Below, in pieces: positions 1 through 14,477 of a DNA stretch of 64,000 nucleotides; the stretch's first letter is position 1; each line of letters starts with the position of its first letter. Where the stretch lies: the NCBI RefSeq assembly GCF_020745735.1, contig NC_083408.1:76228484-76292483 (forward strand), written 5' to 3'. This DNA comes from Hemiscyllium ocellatum. Its lineage: Eukaryota. The translations under genes and the position numbers were made by a program. A model generated the notes under the pieces. It was not told where the DNA came from. It saw only the letters and a program-made list of their open reading frames with translations, and made no database searches.

Positions 1-689
1 TCTCCACGGATGCTGTCTGACCCATGGCAATCTCCAGCACTACTGGTTTTCAAAATCACTCTCCCCAGGACAATCAGCGATAGGCAATAAATGCTTGCTT
101 AACTACTAATGACCATATCTAATGAAAGATTTTTGTTTTTAAAAAATTGTTGGAGATATGAGCTGCCAAGTCCCTGGATCATGATGGACTTCATTCGTGG
201 ACCTTAGAAAAAATGGCTAACGAGATAGTTCATGTGTTGGCCATTACAAAACTCTCTGATTCAGGAAATTTTCCATTAGATTCGAAAGTAGTAAATTGCT
301 TCATTTTTGAATAAAAGATCTAAAGTAAAGCAAAAAGCTTATCATAGTGAAGTTATTAGAAGCTATGATGAAAGATATTTAGGGGGTGAACTTAGAACAG
401 TTCAAGGTAATACAGTAGAGTGAAAATGGTTTTGTTAAAGGAAGATTGTGTTTAAGCAATTAAGCTCTTTCAAAAAGAATGACGTGTTGAATAAAGGAGA
501 ACCATAAATGTCATATCATAGGCTATTGTGGAAAATAAGTTCTCTCAGTCACAGGCAGATATCTTAAATCATCTTGCTCAGATGTGTGTGTTACAGAATG
601 TGGCAATATCTGCAGGTGGGATTTGAACCCAGGCTTTAATGGCCCAGAGGTTTTGTCAAAACTCAGATTGGATCAGGGACTTTTAAATC

Positions 690-2647
690 TTCAATTGATC
701 AGCAAGGCAGCCTTTGTGTAGAGCCGCAGAAGATGAGGAAATACTAAATAAGTATTTTGCATCAGTGTTTACTGTGGAAAAGGACATGGAAAATATAGAA
801 TGAAGTGAAATAGATGGTGACATCTTGAAAAATGTCCATATTACAGAGGAGGAAGTGTTGGAACTAGGGTGAGGTTGCGGCAGGGGGGGGAGAAATGAGG
901 AAACTGTTGAAGTCCACATTCTTGCCCTGGGGTTGAAGTGTTCCAAGGCAGAAGATGGGGCGTTTGCGATAATACAACTTGGGTATCATCTCCCCCAGAT
1001 TCACAGAATAATTACATTTCAACAAACAGAAAAATCCCAAGGGACAGACTCACCACCCATGGGTGGTCAAAAACGCATAAAAGTGGATAAATCCCCAGGA
1101 CCTGGTCAGGTGTACCCTAGAACTCTGTGGGAAGCTAGGGAAGTGGTCGCTGGGCCTCTTGCTGAGATATTTGTATCATCAATAGTCACAGGTGAGGTGC
1201 TGGAAGACTGGAGGTCGGCCAACATGGTGCCATTATTTAAGAAAGGAGGGAAGGACAAGCCAAGGAACTATAAACTAGTGAGCCTAATGTCAGTGGTGGG
1301 CAAGCTGTTGGAAGGAATCCTGAGGGACAGGATGTATTTGGAAAGGCAAGGACTGAGTACGGATAGTCAACATGGCTTTATACATGGGAAATCATGTCTC
1401 ACGGACTTGATTGAATTTTTTGAAGAAATAACAAAGAGGATTGATGAGGGCAGATTGGTGGACATGATCTATATGGACTTCAGTAGGGCGCTCGACTAAG
1501 TTCTCCATGGGAGACTGGTTAGCAAGGTTAGATCTCATGGAATACAGGGAGAACTAGCCATGTGGATACAGAACTGGCTCGAAGGGTACAGAGGGTGGTG
1601 GTGGCGGAGGGTTGATTTTCAGACTGGAGGCCTGTAACCAGTGGAGTGCCACAAGGACTGGTGCTGGGTCTAGAATTTTTTAATCATTTATATAAATGGT
1701 CTGGAAGTGAGCATAAGAGATATACATAATAAGTTTGCAAATGATCATCTTGTGTAGTGGACAATGAAGGAGGTTACCTCAGATTACAACGGGATCTGGA
1801 CCGGATGGGCCAATGGGCTGAGAAGTGGCAGATGGAATTCAATTTAGATAAATGTGAGGTGCTGCATTTTGGGAAAGCAAATCATAGCTGGACTTATACA
1901 CTTTATGGTAAGTTCCTCTTGAAATGTTGCTGAAAAAGAGAGACCTTGGTGTGCAGTTCATAGCTCCTTGAAAGTGGAGTCGCAGATAGATAGGATAGTG
2001 AAGGCGGCATTTGATATGCTTTCCTTTATTGGTCAGAGTACTGAGTACAGGAGTTGGGAGGTCATGTTGTGGCTGTACAGGACGTTGGTTAGGCCACTGT
2101 TGGATATTGCATGCAATTCTGGTCTTCTTCCTATCAGAATTCATGTCGCTAAACTTGAAAGGGTTCAGAAAAGATTTACAAGGATGTTGCCAGGATGGCG
2201 GATTTGAACTATAGGGAGAGGTTGAATAGGCTAGGACTGTTTTCCCTTGAATGGCGCAGGCTGAGGGTGACCTTATAGAGGTTTATAAAATCATGAGGGG
2301 CATGGATAGGGTAAATAAACAAGTTATTTTCTCTGGAGTGGGGGGAGTCCAGAACTAGAGGGCATAGGTTTAGGGTGAGGGGGAAAAAGACATAAAAGAG
2401 ACCTAAGGGGCAACTTTTTCACGCAGTGGGTAGTACGTGTATGGAATGAGCTGCCAGAGGAAGTGGTGGAGGCTAGTACAATTGCAACATTTAAAAGGCA
2501 ACTGGATGGTATATGAATAGGAAGGGTTTGGAGGGATATGGGCCACGTGCTGGCAGGTGGGACTAGATTGGGTTGGGATATCTGGTCGGCATGGATGAGT
2601 TGGACCAAAGGGTCTATTTCCGTGCTGTACATTTCTCTGACTCTATG
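690..2647 (+). mobile_element. CR1 (HER1-like) LINE, 5'-truncated and decayed, interrupted at about 864-1070 by a PLE fragment plus unknown DNA
   Basis: ORF2 motifs KSPGPGQVYPRTLWE, QHGF, KSCLT, IYMDFS. Typical 3' tail ending ctctatga. Nested within an older CR1 (about 150-540 and 2690-3600). Confidence 0.92.
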
Positions 2648-5391
2648 AACACCGTTTAACTAAACTATTACAGCAGACCATAGTGCAGGAGACCACAGAG
2701 AAGACTGGCCAGCTGGCAGAAAACAATTGCATAAATGAGTCATTTTATGCTTGATGAGGTGCGACAAATGATCTGCCATAGGGATCAGAACAAACCAAAG
2801 ATATCATTGCTAAGTTTGCTAATTACAAAGATAAGTAGGAAAGTAGGTTGTGAAGAGGACAAAGAGGCTAAAAACGGAATATAGAAAACTTAAATGGCTG
2901 GACACAGGTCTTATGAATGGAGTACAACATGGTAAGTACAAAATTACCTGTTTTGGCAATAAGAATAAGATCCAAACAGAGAGAGTTTGCAGAGTTTAGG
3001 AATGCAAATGAAGCAGAATGTCTTTGTGCATGAATTGCAAAAGGTTAGAATGTTATCACTTGTCGTGGATAATATGCTGGAAGTTGCAATTCAGTTGTAC
3101 AACATACTGGCAAGACCACATTTGAAGTACGCTTGTACAGAATTGGTCTTCTTGTCTAAGGAAGCTTTAAATGCATTGAAAATAGTTCACAGGTTTACTA
3201 GACTTAATACCAAGCAAAGACAGGTTGTCTTATGGGGAAAGGTTGGACAGGCTTGGCTTGTATTGCTAGAGTAAGAGGAAATCTATCTAAAAAAAAATCC
3301 TGAGGGGTCATAAAAGGGTTCATATGGAAAAGTGTTTTCTCATGACTGAATCTATAACTGGGTGCCACTATTTAAAAATAAGGGGTCAGGGAGATAGGGA
3401 TAGGGAGCAATAGGGAAAATTTTACTCCTGCAAAAGGTGCTAGAAGCAAAGCCTTTGAAAAATTTTAGGCAGATTGAATAGATTTTTGATCAGCAAAGGA
3501 TTACAAGATTACGGAGGTTAACAGGAATGCGGAATAATCACATCACTCAAAATCTATTGAATGATGGAGCAGGCTCAACCATGCTTTCTCCTGATTAGCA
3601 TGTTCACTCAGACAAGTTGCCCTACCATATCTTAAGTTATTCTACTTATCAATGGTTTGATAAGTTATCAGTTATGGAATAATCAACTTATTCCACTGTA
3701 ACAAAGAATAGTCCAAATGATGAAGGGTGAAACAGATAGAGATCTCACACTCACCAAACTCCAGCTTTTCATTCAGAACAAGTCACAATCCACTACCAGC
3801 TGCATTCCAACCCTAGAAGTTATTCTAATAGAGACTCAGAGTCAGCACTGGTGCAGCTGAAGAAACTAGTTTAAACTAGCAAACCAATTAACTAATAACA
3901 ACTGCTTTCTCGTAGAAATCTTGTGTATTCCTGCCCAAGTCTGAAAGAAATTTAAACAATAAATTTCAATTAAATGCTAAATACATACAAGACTAGATTT
4001 TTGGGAAAACAATGAACTCTAACAGATTGGCAATCAGAATTTTTCCTTTGTACAAATAATAATTGTGCCTAATCATATTGTTCTTTAAATCTTCTGTTGT
4101 CACTTCTTCAGTAATGGCCTCAGTTGCAGAAAACAACATCTATTTCTTTAAATAACTGCTTATTAATAGAACGCTCCTCTTTACTCTCCAACTTGAATCA
4201 CGGTCTGCACCTCAATGCTATAAACTCCCAGTTTACTCATCGAACCAGAAGACTTCCTCCTCTTTTGTACAGGGAACACCTATTGGATAAAAGCACCTGG
4301 GGTTCCCTAGGGCAAAGATGGAGGTAATGATGCAACTGAGCAAATGACCAACTGCAGAGCTGATGTAGATATTGGAGGAACAAGGGTTAGACAATTCCTA
4401 ATTTGAAAAAGCAATTCGAAATTCATTGGTTGAAGAGTTTGTTTTTGTACAGATGGATATCAAAAGTGTTGAGGTTTGGGCATGTAACTGGAATGTGGGT
4501 GGAGAGTCATGCAAGGAAGTGATCAGAGATGATCTTATCCACAACTGAGAAAGTGAGACTAAGCACACCACTTGAGTTGGTCAGTGCAAAAGGGAACTTG
4601 TGAAGTCAAAAGTTTACATGGAGGGCAATATTTCAAGAAAATAACCAGGCAGTCCACTCAAAGGAGAAAGAACATGATGGATTGAGATGGAGTGAAATTA
4701 CTGGGGATAAATGGAGATAGATGTTTTTTATTCATTAGTAGAGATGTCATTCATGACCAAGGTTGGGAGCCAAATAACATTTCAAAAAAAAAAGCAGTTT
4801 ATAAATATTCCATTTATCTTCTCCATTTCTGAACACAGACATTACGTTGTATACCATCCCGGAGTACAATTTGCATAATAGCACAGTTGAGAACACATGG
4901 ATTACAATTCAAGACACAAAACTGACTAGTCAATCAAGAGGTGAATTAATTACTATGCATTCCATGCATTAGTTAGTCTAGAATTTAAACACAAATTAAA
5001 TTTGTATGTTGCTATGCTCCTAATTGTGTGCCAAGCCACTTCTAACAAAATTTGGGCTTTATTACCGAGGCATCTTCAAAAGTAATACTGGAGAATCTCA
5101 AGATAAATGCCAAACTGTCAAATACATCAGTTATGGAAGCTGGTCCTAAATATCAAATCAATGATTTTGAATCATCTACAGATGAATGTCCATCTTTTGC
5201 CTATTACAGTTAATTTGAAAAGTCTATGAAATATATTTATTTTTAAATGTCAAGCTGAAGACAATGGAGGAATTTTAATACTTTAACTATTAAAATTAAA
5301 TTTGTAATTTTAAGAAATTCACAATTTTCATTACAAAATTATTAAATGACAAGATGTATATGCACATTTCTAGATCTTTCTGAACACTTAC

Positions 5392-5470
5392 TTCCCTGCC
5401 CTGCTTCATCATCATCATTTGGGAAAAGGTCATCTAATGGTTCTTTGGATGAATCAGTATCCTTGTCCTC
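5392..5470 (-). CDS. KLC1: KLC1 exon 4 (acidic linker with the LFP autoinhibitory motif)
   Basis: Not in the ORF track. Reads EDKDTDSSKEPLDDLFPNDDDEAGQG plus 1 nt. Acceptor tgtacag|GAG, donor GGAA|gtaagt. 79 nt. No exon 5 (GGYEIPARL) was found in 1-5391, so the gene continues off-window. Confidence 0.95.
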
Positions 5471-5824
5471 CTGTACAATTTATTAAAAAAAATACACATT
5501 ATCTATAAGGACACTATCTAAATGTCTCAAAGTAAATAAACGTGAAATGATTAATGTTGACGTATGCAGTTAAAAGTTAAGCCCAACTGGGTCCGAATAC
5601 TCTTATGTTCAAGGCTTTTCAGCAACTTGAATTATCTTCGCCCGGTTAATAGAAAGTAAAATAAAATTGGAGGTTACTGAATTAACGTAATGTCAGGTAT
5701 TTTATCAGTGTTAAAGCAGTTCAGGAGATAGATTCCCCCAATTAAACAGCTTACAATGTAGGATGCAGGTCTAAGAATTAAGGAAAGGATTAGGATTATT
5801 CTGCCATTTACAGAACTGGTGCGA

Positions 5825-6870
5825 AGACAGGTGGTGGTGGTGGACAGTTGATTTTCAAACTGGGGGCCTGTGACCAACATGTGCCACAAGAATCAGTGCT
5901 GGGTCCACTGCCTTTGTCATTCAAATAAATGATTTGGATGTGAACATAGGAGGTACGGTTAGTAGATTTGCAGATAATACCAAAATTGGAGGTGTAATGG
6001 ACAGCGAAGGTGGTTACCTTAAAGTACAAGGGGATCTTGATCAGATGGGCCAGTGGACTGAGGAGAGGCAGATGGAGTTTAATTTAGATGAATGCGAGGT
6101 ACAGCATTTTAGAAAGGCAAATCAGAGCGGGACTTGTACACTTAATGGGAAGGTCCTGGGAGGTGCTGCTGAACGAAGAAACCTTGGAGTGCAGGTTCAT
6201 AGTTCCTTGGAAGTAAAGTCGCAAGCAGATAGCATAGTGAAAGAGACATTTTGTATGCTTGCTTTCATTAGTCAGTGCTTTGAGTATGGGAGTAAGGAGG
6301 TCATGCTGTGACTGTACAGAACATTGGTTAGGCCACTATTAGAATACCATGCAATTCTGGTCTCCCTGCTACAGGAAGGATGTTGTGAAACTTGAAATGG
6401 TTCAGAAAAAACTTCCAAGGATGTTGTCAGGGTTGGAGGGTTTGAGCTTGAGGGAGAGGCAAAATAGACTGGAGCTGTTTTCCCTGGAGCATTGAAGGCT
6501 GAGGGCTGACCTTATGGAGGTTTATGAAATCATGAGGGGCATGGAAAGGGTAAACAGATAAAGTCTTTTCCCTGGGGTGGTGGAGTCAAAAACTAAATGG
6601 CATAGGTTTAAGGTGAGGGGGCAAAGATTTAAAAGGATCTAAGGGGCAACTTCTTCACCCAGAGGGTGGTGTATGTATGGAGTGGGCTGCCAGGGAAGTG
6701 ATGGAAGCTGGTACAATTACAACATTTAAAAGGCATCTGGATGGGTATAAGAATAGGAAGGGTTTAAGAGAGATACAGTCAAATGCTGACAAGTGGCAGT
6801 AGTTTTTGTTTAGGATATCTGTCCTCTTAGACGAGTTGGACTGAAGGTTCTGTTTCCCTGCTGTATATCG
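5825..6870 (+). mobile_element. CR1 LINE 3' fragment
   Basis: RFADNTKIGGVMDSE, QMEFN and LGVQVHSSL motifs plus the CR1 3' UTR. Confidence 0.9.
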
Positions 6871-7203
6871 CTAACAAAAGTCATATCAAACTTAAGATAT
6901 TAAATGTTTCTCTCTTCACATGTGTTGCCAGACCTGCTGAGTTTCTCTAGCTTTTATTTCTAATGACCTTATTTTATGCTGATAATAGAAGCATTTGCAA
7001 AACTCTGAACTCTGGTGGCTTTGCTTTAACAGATCAATATAAATTAATCAGTAGGGAAAATTATTAGTTGCAAAAGCATAATGGATAATGTTAAATACAC
7101 ATATTTATCTCATTAAATTGAAGTTGGAGGTAAGAGAAGTGAAAAAGTTTAGCCAAAAGAGGTAATTATGTGTAAGCAACACTGAATAAGGTGAAACCTG
7201 TTA

Positions 7204-7512
<309 letters not shown>

Positions 7513-10007
7513 TTATTGTAACTATTTTCCAAAAATCTATAAAACGGCATTTCAAATTTAAAAAATTACTTTCAGAGAGTAAATATAACTATAATGCACA
7601 CCTCACACAAAAAAAACACTGTTGAGCTTGGTGCTTTAGGCTCATCAAGATATTTGCAAAAGTACCAAAATAGAAAGGGGAAGAACATCTTATGATGTTA
7701 AGTGAAGTGTGCATTTTTTGGTTAGCAAGTGGACTTTGGTGGAGGCAGTATCATAGAGAAAACACAAAGTTAGATGACAACAGTTAAATGCTAAGCTATA
7801 AAATGTTGTTCCTCCTTTCTTGCAAATGTCCTGATGAATGCAAGACAACAGCTCCAACAAAATGTTTTTTTTCAGCAATACTCAGGTTTATAATGCCCAC
7901 GGTAAAATTACATAATATTTTCAACATCCCAAATGCAAAAGAAATCCAATCTTTTAACTTTGTTGCCCAATTTTGTGATAATTCTAACATTTTAAATTAA
8001 TTTTTAAGTTTTAGTGCAAAGGCGGTTTTCCTTTATGAAAAAAGGAAAAATTGATAATGCACATAATTCAAACATGGGTTAGAGGCAATCCTAAGTTATG
8101 AACATCCAATTTTCTGCAAGCTACACAACACACACTTCTGTGCTATATGAAAATATATTCATTTAATACTTCATTGTAATTTCACAAGAGATATATGAAT
8201 ATTGAGAAAAAAAATCATGCTTGACAACTCTCAGAAACAAAGTTTGAAATCTGTCCTCAAATTAAAAAGTTTAATCTCAAGTCGGCCATATGTTAAAAAG
8301 TGAATTGGCTTGTCTCCTAATTTAGTAAATCACAGCAAAGTGCAAAGTGATAAAGCCAAAAATGGCAACTGTTGATTAGGGGACCTTTAGAATATCAGAC
8401 TTAGGAATGGGATAGGTCATTCACCACTTACCTGCTGAGCATATTCAATGACCATATTACATCGGAGTAGAATGTTCCAAAGATTCACTATCCAAGTGAA
8501 TTATAGTCTTCCTCATTTCAGATCAAAATGGCTTGTCCATTATTCTGAGATTGTGCCCCCTTTACTCCTCCTTCTCCTCCTTCACCATGTAACCCCAAAA
8601 AAAGAAACTTCTTTTCTGCATCCATTCTGTACATAATTTCACATTCCAATTACATCACCTCTCCTCAAAGGACAGTCCTGTTAGTGCAGAAATGAGTCTC
8701 GTGAACCTCTGCTGCACTGCCTCTATAGCAAGTTTATTTTTCCTAAAGGAAGGGGAACCAAAGTAGCAACAATAATCGGTATGTCCTCACTAAGATTTGG
8801 TATGATTGAAGAAAAACATCTTTGTCTTGTACTCATCAGCTTGTGATAAAGGCCAGCATACTGTATGCCTTCCTAATTGCTTGTTGTACCTGCATATTAG
8901 CTTCGTGTCTTACAAAATATTTATAAACTTATGCCCCTTAAGAATCTCATGGTGCAGGGCTAGTGTCCTTTGGTGTGGGCCAGCATCCTAGATTCAAATT
9001 CCACCTGCTCCACAGGTATATCATAATACATCTGAACGAGTAAGTTAAAAATATGTATGTAGGCCTCTTTGGCCCTTGCCAATCTTTCATCTTTTAAGAA
9101 ATATGAGAAAGATAAGTTTACACCCCTCTGACTTGATGAGGATTGCTGTTATGAATAAAAGAATAATAATGGTGAAAAGCTGATATAAATGGGGTACAGA
9201 AAAGTGTTATGCAAGCTGGTTGCTTATCATTACTAACAATGTCACATGCCATGATGGGTCATGAAGGAAATCTTGCGAACCAGTTCCAGTCATAACTTTT
9301 CATCAAAACAAAAATTTGCTACATTCACTTGATATTGGATGTTTGTCCTCTAGCTTGAATTGGAGTTAGACATACCATGGTTTGTCAAGAACTATGACAA
9401 TTTAAATTACTGAGGCAGTTTGGGAGCACCTGCCTTCGTAAGTACCCAAGGTTAGAATTCCAAATGTGGAATTTCCCTTCTTTCTTGTTGAACAGAATGC
9501 CTATTTGCATTTGCAATGATCTGAAAGTATAACAGCCTAAGGAGGAATCTGTAAATATATACTAAGGGCTTTAATATGCAGTAAAAAGATCATCTGTAGT
9601 GCATATATCGTGAAAAATATCCCATGAGTGAAAAAAAATTTAACCAAGGTAAAGAACGTCAACAATTCGTATTGTTGCAAATATTCCACAACACAAAAAG
9701 AAAAATAGTCTTGAGGTCCTACAGGCTAAGTGCAAGGATAGACTTGGAATGAAGAAAGCAAATGACAAGAGCGGGTCAGACCTCACACGAAGGCCTCCAA
9801 CTCAGAATAGTTGACTTTTAACTCTTAGAAAAAAAATCTTGTTCAAACCAAGATGACAGTGAGTGAATCAGGCTGGGTTGCTAAAAAAATTCTATCTAAT
9901 AGCATCTGCACACAGTAGGGAAATAAACTATGAAAGTGGCCTTTTATAACTCCATGGATGTCCAAAGATTCAACTGCTGTTTGTAGGTATTGCAAAATCT
10001 AGTGCAT

Positions 10008-10352
10008 GGGGTAGTATGGTGGCTCAGTGGTGAGCACTGCTGCCTCACAGCACCAGGGATCCAGGTTCAATCCCAGTCTTGGGCAACTGTGTCCAGTTTG
10101 CACATTCTCCCCACTTCCGCTGGATGCTCCGGTTTCCTCCCACAGTCCAAAGACATATAGATTAGGTAAACTAACCATGCAAAGTTGCCCGTAGTGTCCA
10201 GGGATGTGCAGACTAGGTGGATTAGATTTGGGAAATGCAGGATTACAGGGATAGGGTAGGGTGGGTGGGATATTCTTCAGATGATCAGTGTGGACTCAAT
10301 AGGCAGGGTCACTTGCTTCTATAGGGTCACTATAGGGATTCTACAATTCTAT
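10008..10352 (+). mobile_element. HE1/V-SINE-type SINE
   Basis: A box TGGCTCAGTGG (10020-10030), B box GGTTCAATCCC (10064-10074) and V-domain sequence. Confidence 0.88.
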
Positions 10353-10489
10353 GCAGCTTACATGTAACATGGATGATCTGATAAAGGTGGTTAGGAAAAG
10401 CTAAATTCGTGTTTTTCTAAACCTAGTTTCTTCCTTGTTCCCTCTCCTTGCCTGAAGGTCATGACTCATATGTTTGCCTTGTGAGAGGA

Positions 10490-10600
10490 AGTAAAAGGAC
10501 TACAGATGCATGATCAGAGTCAAAAAAATGTTTGGTGCTGGAAACAGCATCCAAGAAGCAGGAGAATCAATGTTTTGAGCATAAGCTCTTCATCAGGACT
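10490..10600 (-). mobile_element. Short PLE terminus fragment with a decayed hammerhead
   Basis: Minus-strand CTGATGA-agagc(ttat)gctc-AAAAc. Same family as the elements at 20368 and 61007. Confidence 0.6.
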
Positions 10601-10706
10601 ATGTTTCTCTTGCACCTCGTTAAACTGTATGCTGAGTGAGTCAGTTTTAAGGTTTTCATGATTCTTGTGTTTCAGTAGCATGCCACAGTGAGTTTTAACA
10701 ACAAAA

Positions 10707-11375
10707 GAATCATAGAGATGTACAGCACGGAAATAGACACTTCGGTCCAACTCATCCATGCCAACCAAATATCCCAATCCAATCTAGTCCCACCTGCCAG
10801 CACCTGGCCCATTTCTCTCCAATCCCTTTCTATTCATATACCCATCCAAATGCCTTTTAAATGTTGCAATTGTATAAGCTTCCACCACTTCCTCTGGCAG
10901 CTCATTCTATACACTACTACCCTCAGCATGAAAACGTTGCCCCTTAGTCTCTTTTATAATTTTCCCTCTCACTCTAAACCTATGCCCTCTAGTTCTGGGC
11001 TCTGTCACATCAGGGAAAAGACTTTGTTTCTTTATCCTATCCATGCTCCTTATGATTTTATACACCTCTATAAGGTCACCCTTCAGCCTCCGACGCTCAA
11101 GGGAAACAGCCCTAGCCTAGTCAACCTCTCCCTATAGTTCAAATCCTCCAACCCTGGCAACATCTTGTAAATCTTTTCTGAACCCTTTCAAGTTTCACAA
11201 CATCATTCCAATAGGAAGGAGACCAGAATTGCAAGCAATATTCCAACCGTGGCCGAACCAATGTCCTGTAGAGTCACAACATGACCTCCCAACTCCTGTA
11301 CTCAATACTCTGGCTAATAAAGGAAAGCATACCAAACACCTTTTTCACTATCCTACCTAACTGCAACTCCACTTT
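10707..11375 (-). mobile_element. CR1 LINE 3' fragment
   Basis: Reverse complement of the CR1 tail (catagagatgtacagcacggaaa) and the end of ORF2. Confidence 0.9.
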
Positions 11376-11664
11376 CTTATATGGGTTTAAAACATGCTGG
11401 AAATTAATGAAAATTATATTAAATAATCTGAGATTTAGTTTCCACTTGAGATAACTGGCTTACTTCCAAAAATATCATTTAAGCATAGAGAAGGAATTTA
11501 GTGCTTCACCCAGTAGTAAAGCATTATGTCTTCTCAAAGGCATTGATGCCTCTCCACAGTGCCATTGGAAACATTTAATGTTGAAATAAATTGGCAAGAA
11601 CATGAGTAGTGTACAAAGTACCTTACTAAAATAAACCTTGATGTACAAGTTTGGAAGTGTTTAC

Positions 11665-11925
11665 CTGTGCCTCACTGAGACCAAGTTCTAACATTTCCAG
11701 AGATTTGCGGATCATGTTGGATTTCTCTTCAACCAAGTTCATCTCATCATCTTTCTTAAGACATTTCAGAGTTTCCAGCAGGCTATGCAAAATAGAGTTG
11801 TGCTCATTTTTTAAGGCTTCAAGTCCTTGGATCACTTGCTTTGTTTTGCCAATAATCTCTTCTTGTGACAGCTTTTCCAGTTTGTCTTCCTTTAAATACA
11901 CCATTGTGGACATGGTGTCATACAT
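11665..11925 (-). CDS. KLC1: Kinesin light chain 1, first coding exon (exon 2; the exon starts at 11926, one nt before the ATG)
   Basis: Translates MYDTMSTMVYLKEDKLEKLSQEEIIGKTKQVIQGLEALKNEHNSILHSLLETLKCLKKDDEMNLVEEKSNMIRKSLEMLELGLSEAQ, near-identical to the vertebrate KLC1 N-terminus. Acceptor gtttttag|G-ATG, donor CAG|gtaaac. 261 nt, ends in phase 0. Confidence 0.97.
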
Positions 11926-12631
11926 CCTAAAAACAAACAGATTAAGTAGAATAAACACGTTAAAATGGTCTGAACAACTAATGCAGTAACCTTGCAATCT
12001 GCAATGATAAATTTGAAGAATGTGACTAAAATTTGTGACATGCAAGTTTTATAACAGAGAGGAGACATTATCGGCTTGCGATAATTAATCCATAGCAATT
12101 GTTGAAACACCATGGAGATCTCTCAGTCATATCACAATTTAAAATGAAATGTAAAGGATTATGGGATCAAAATAAATGTGAAGAGTGAGAAAAAGTCTAT
12201 AGCCTTAAAACTTGTTTTTAAACATTTAGACTACAACATAATGCTGAATTATAGAACACATTTATTGCACTATGAAATAGACAGGCAGGAAGGCTCAGAA
12301 AAGGGGGGACCTTAAAAATACAAAAGATAGGGACACCTGGGCTCACCAAGTGATAATAGGATGCTGTAAGACAATTAAGAACATTTGCCTAAGCATCAGT
12401 GAATCTGTGTGAACAGGACACGAGGTGATAACATTCACAGCTATTCCTTTGTGAAATTAATGAGTGTTTGATTCTGACCCTGAACCGAAACTCCGTACTA
12501 TCAAACTTTGTAATTAACGGTTAGATGCTGCCAATTATAATAGTTTCTTATTACCCCTTAAAAGTGGGGCAGTCACAGGGAGAAAAGAAATCTATGCTGT
12601 TACAAAACCCTGACTTGAGAGTTCAAAAGGA

Positions 12632-12634
<3 letters not shown>

Positions 12635-12682
<48 letters not shown>
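12635..12682. repeat. (GA)24 microsatellite
   Basis: Seen directly. Confidence 0.97.
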
Positions 12683-12686
<4 letters not shown>

Positions 12687-13003
12687 GAGAGAAAAGCCAT
12701 TTTAGTGCCGAGGCTGTTGAATCCAGTAGAAAATTAACTCGGTGCTTATCTGCTTTGGATTGAATTTAATTGCATTTTGAGACTTTTTGATGATTTTGAG
12801 TAGCCATTACAGGTTATGAAATGCAAACTCTGTAAAAGGAAATATTAATAAAGCTAACTTACTTGCTGTTTTCACAGACCTTACAGATTGCCCCACTGTC
12901 AATTCTAACTAATCAGACCTTATGTTTTATTTGAATTTGAATCAGAAACTTGAAAAGAAGGCATGTTTAATTCGAGACTAATAAATCATTTTAAATACAA
13001 CCT

Positions 13004-13730
13004 TGCAGTAACATTTCAGCCTCAGGCACAGAATGATTCTGTGCTTAAGATAAAAAGCAGTAACCTGCTCCAGCTTAAAATTCTTGTAAACCTAACACTG
13101 AAGAGATTCTGACACAATCGGTTGGGAAGCCATTTTATGGTCAAAGGTTTGCCCTCCTTGCTAAGAAGCCATTTCATAAAACAATTATATCAGACATGCG
13201 AGCTGGGCAAGGTTACCTTATGACATCTCCCACTTAATTTAGACTAGTACTTCTTTATAGGAACTTATCTCGCCACCAGATGCCAACTCAGCTGGATTTG
13301 TTTTTCCCACCTGATGGTCTCAAGGCCAGTAGAAGCGATCAGTCAAGCACACACACATCTGTCAATTAACTTCTCTTCCTTATGAATTATTGTCTTTCAC
13401 TATTATCTGTCTAATTAAGAACATGCAATGTTTTTGTAAACTTTTGTATAAAGGAAGCCACTTTGTATCAGTACATTGGAATAGCCTGCTGGGGCACCTG
13501 AAAAGCTGGTACCATACTCTCCTAGGTTATTAGAACCTACTTAGTTTACCTTGTAGGTATCAGTGTAATGTTGTAACAGTGATGCTATTAGTGAATAAAG
13601 AGGATGACTAAAACTAAACTAACTGTAACAGGCTTTTATTCCAGACTTCTTGAGACAAACCAAGAGAGAGGCTTTACAGATTTGAGTCCACAAGGGATTC
13701 CCTGGGCCGTCTCAAATCTGTACTTTAACA
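13004..13730 (+). mobile_element. Probable solo LTR (a second LTR-like block may precede it at about 12273-13000)
   Basis: TG...CA ends, TATAAA near 13447, AATAAA near 13594 and a terminal hairpin. No convincing TSD. Confidence 0.45.
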
Positions 13731-14477
13731 AGTACTAAGCCCAAGTCTAAACAAGCCTAAGAAAGCACTGGGAACTCAAATTGCTTCATTATTAGAGCAG
13801 GAAATATGGCACATGATTAGGCCATTGAAATGTGGATTGATTGTATAATACGCATATCAGAATGTAGTGAAAATTCATTTTGTAACAGCTGCGCTCTTGA
13901 AGAAACTAAAACAGATGAACTGGACTACATATAAAAAGTGATTTTCATTGCTTCCTATAATACCATCAGAACATATCTATATTGTACAGTATAGACATGA
14001 AGTAGATGCATAACTACAGTGAAAATAATTATCAGGACTAGTGAGCGAGCTGAATATTCAGGATTGGTTTCATTCATTTTCCTAAGGCAAGATAACAACA
14101 GTTCATTTGTAGAGATGATGTTAAAATAATTCAATCACAAGAAATCCATAAATTGTCACATTCTAAAATCAGCATTCTCTAAAAACTGTACCACAGATTA
14201 ATTTAGCAGGGTTTACCCTTAACTTTCATCAGGCATAGCATCCTGGATACAGAAGAAGCTGAAAGGCTCGATGTGATAGCTTGGTGTTTGCTGGCAATTA
14301 TCATAAACATTGCAAGTAGTTTCGCACGTGATATAAATGGCAAATGTAGAACAAGATCAGAAAAAAAATGATGTTAATAATCACCAATGGATTCTTCATT
14401 TGAATGAAGAGTATTTAGCAAGGAGAGCAATTTCTCCACTTTCTGGGTGCATGTCATCTGTTTTGTGATAAATTCAT

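Noticed and set aside
3754-3860. Possible KLC1 cassette exon ending TTTG|gtgagt
   Set aside because: No KLC-like coding. It looks more like a CR1 5'-UTR remnant.
11651-11989. 112-aa ORF antisense to KLC1 exon 2
   Set aside because: Shadow ORF of a coding exon, with a TTG start and no independent evidence.
12525-12737. ORF with an RE repeat
   Set aside because: It is a translation of the (GA)n microsatellite.
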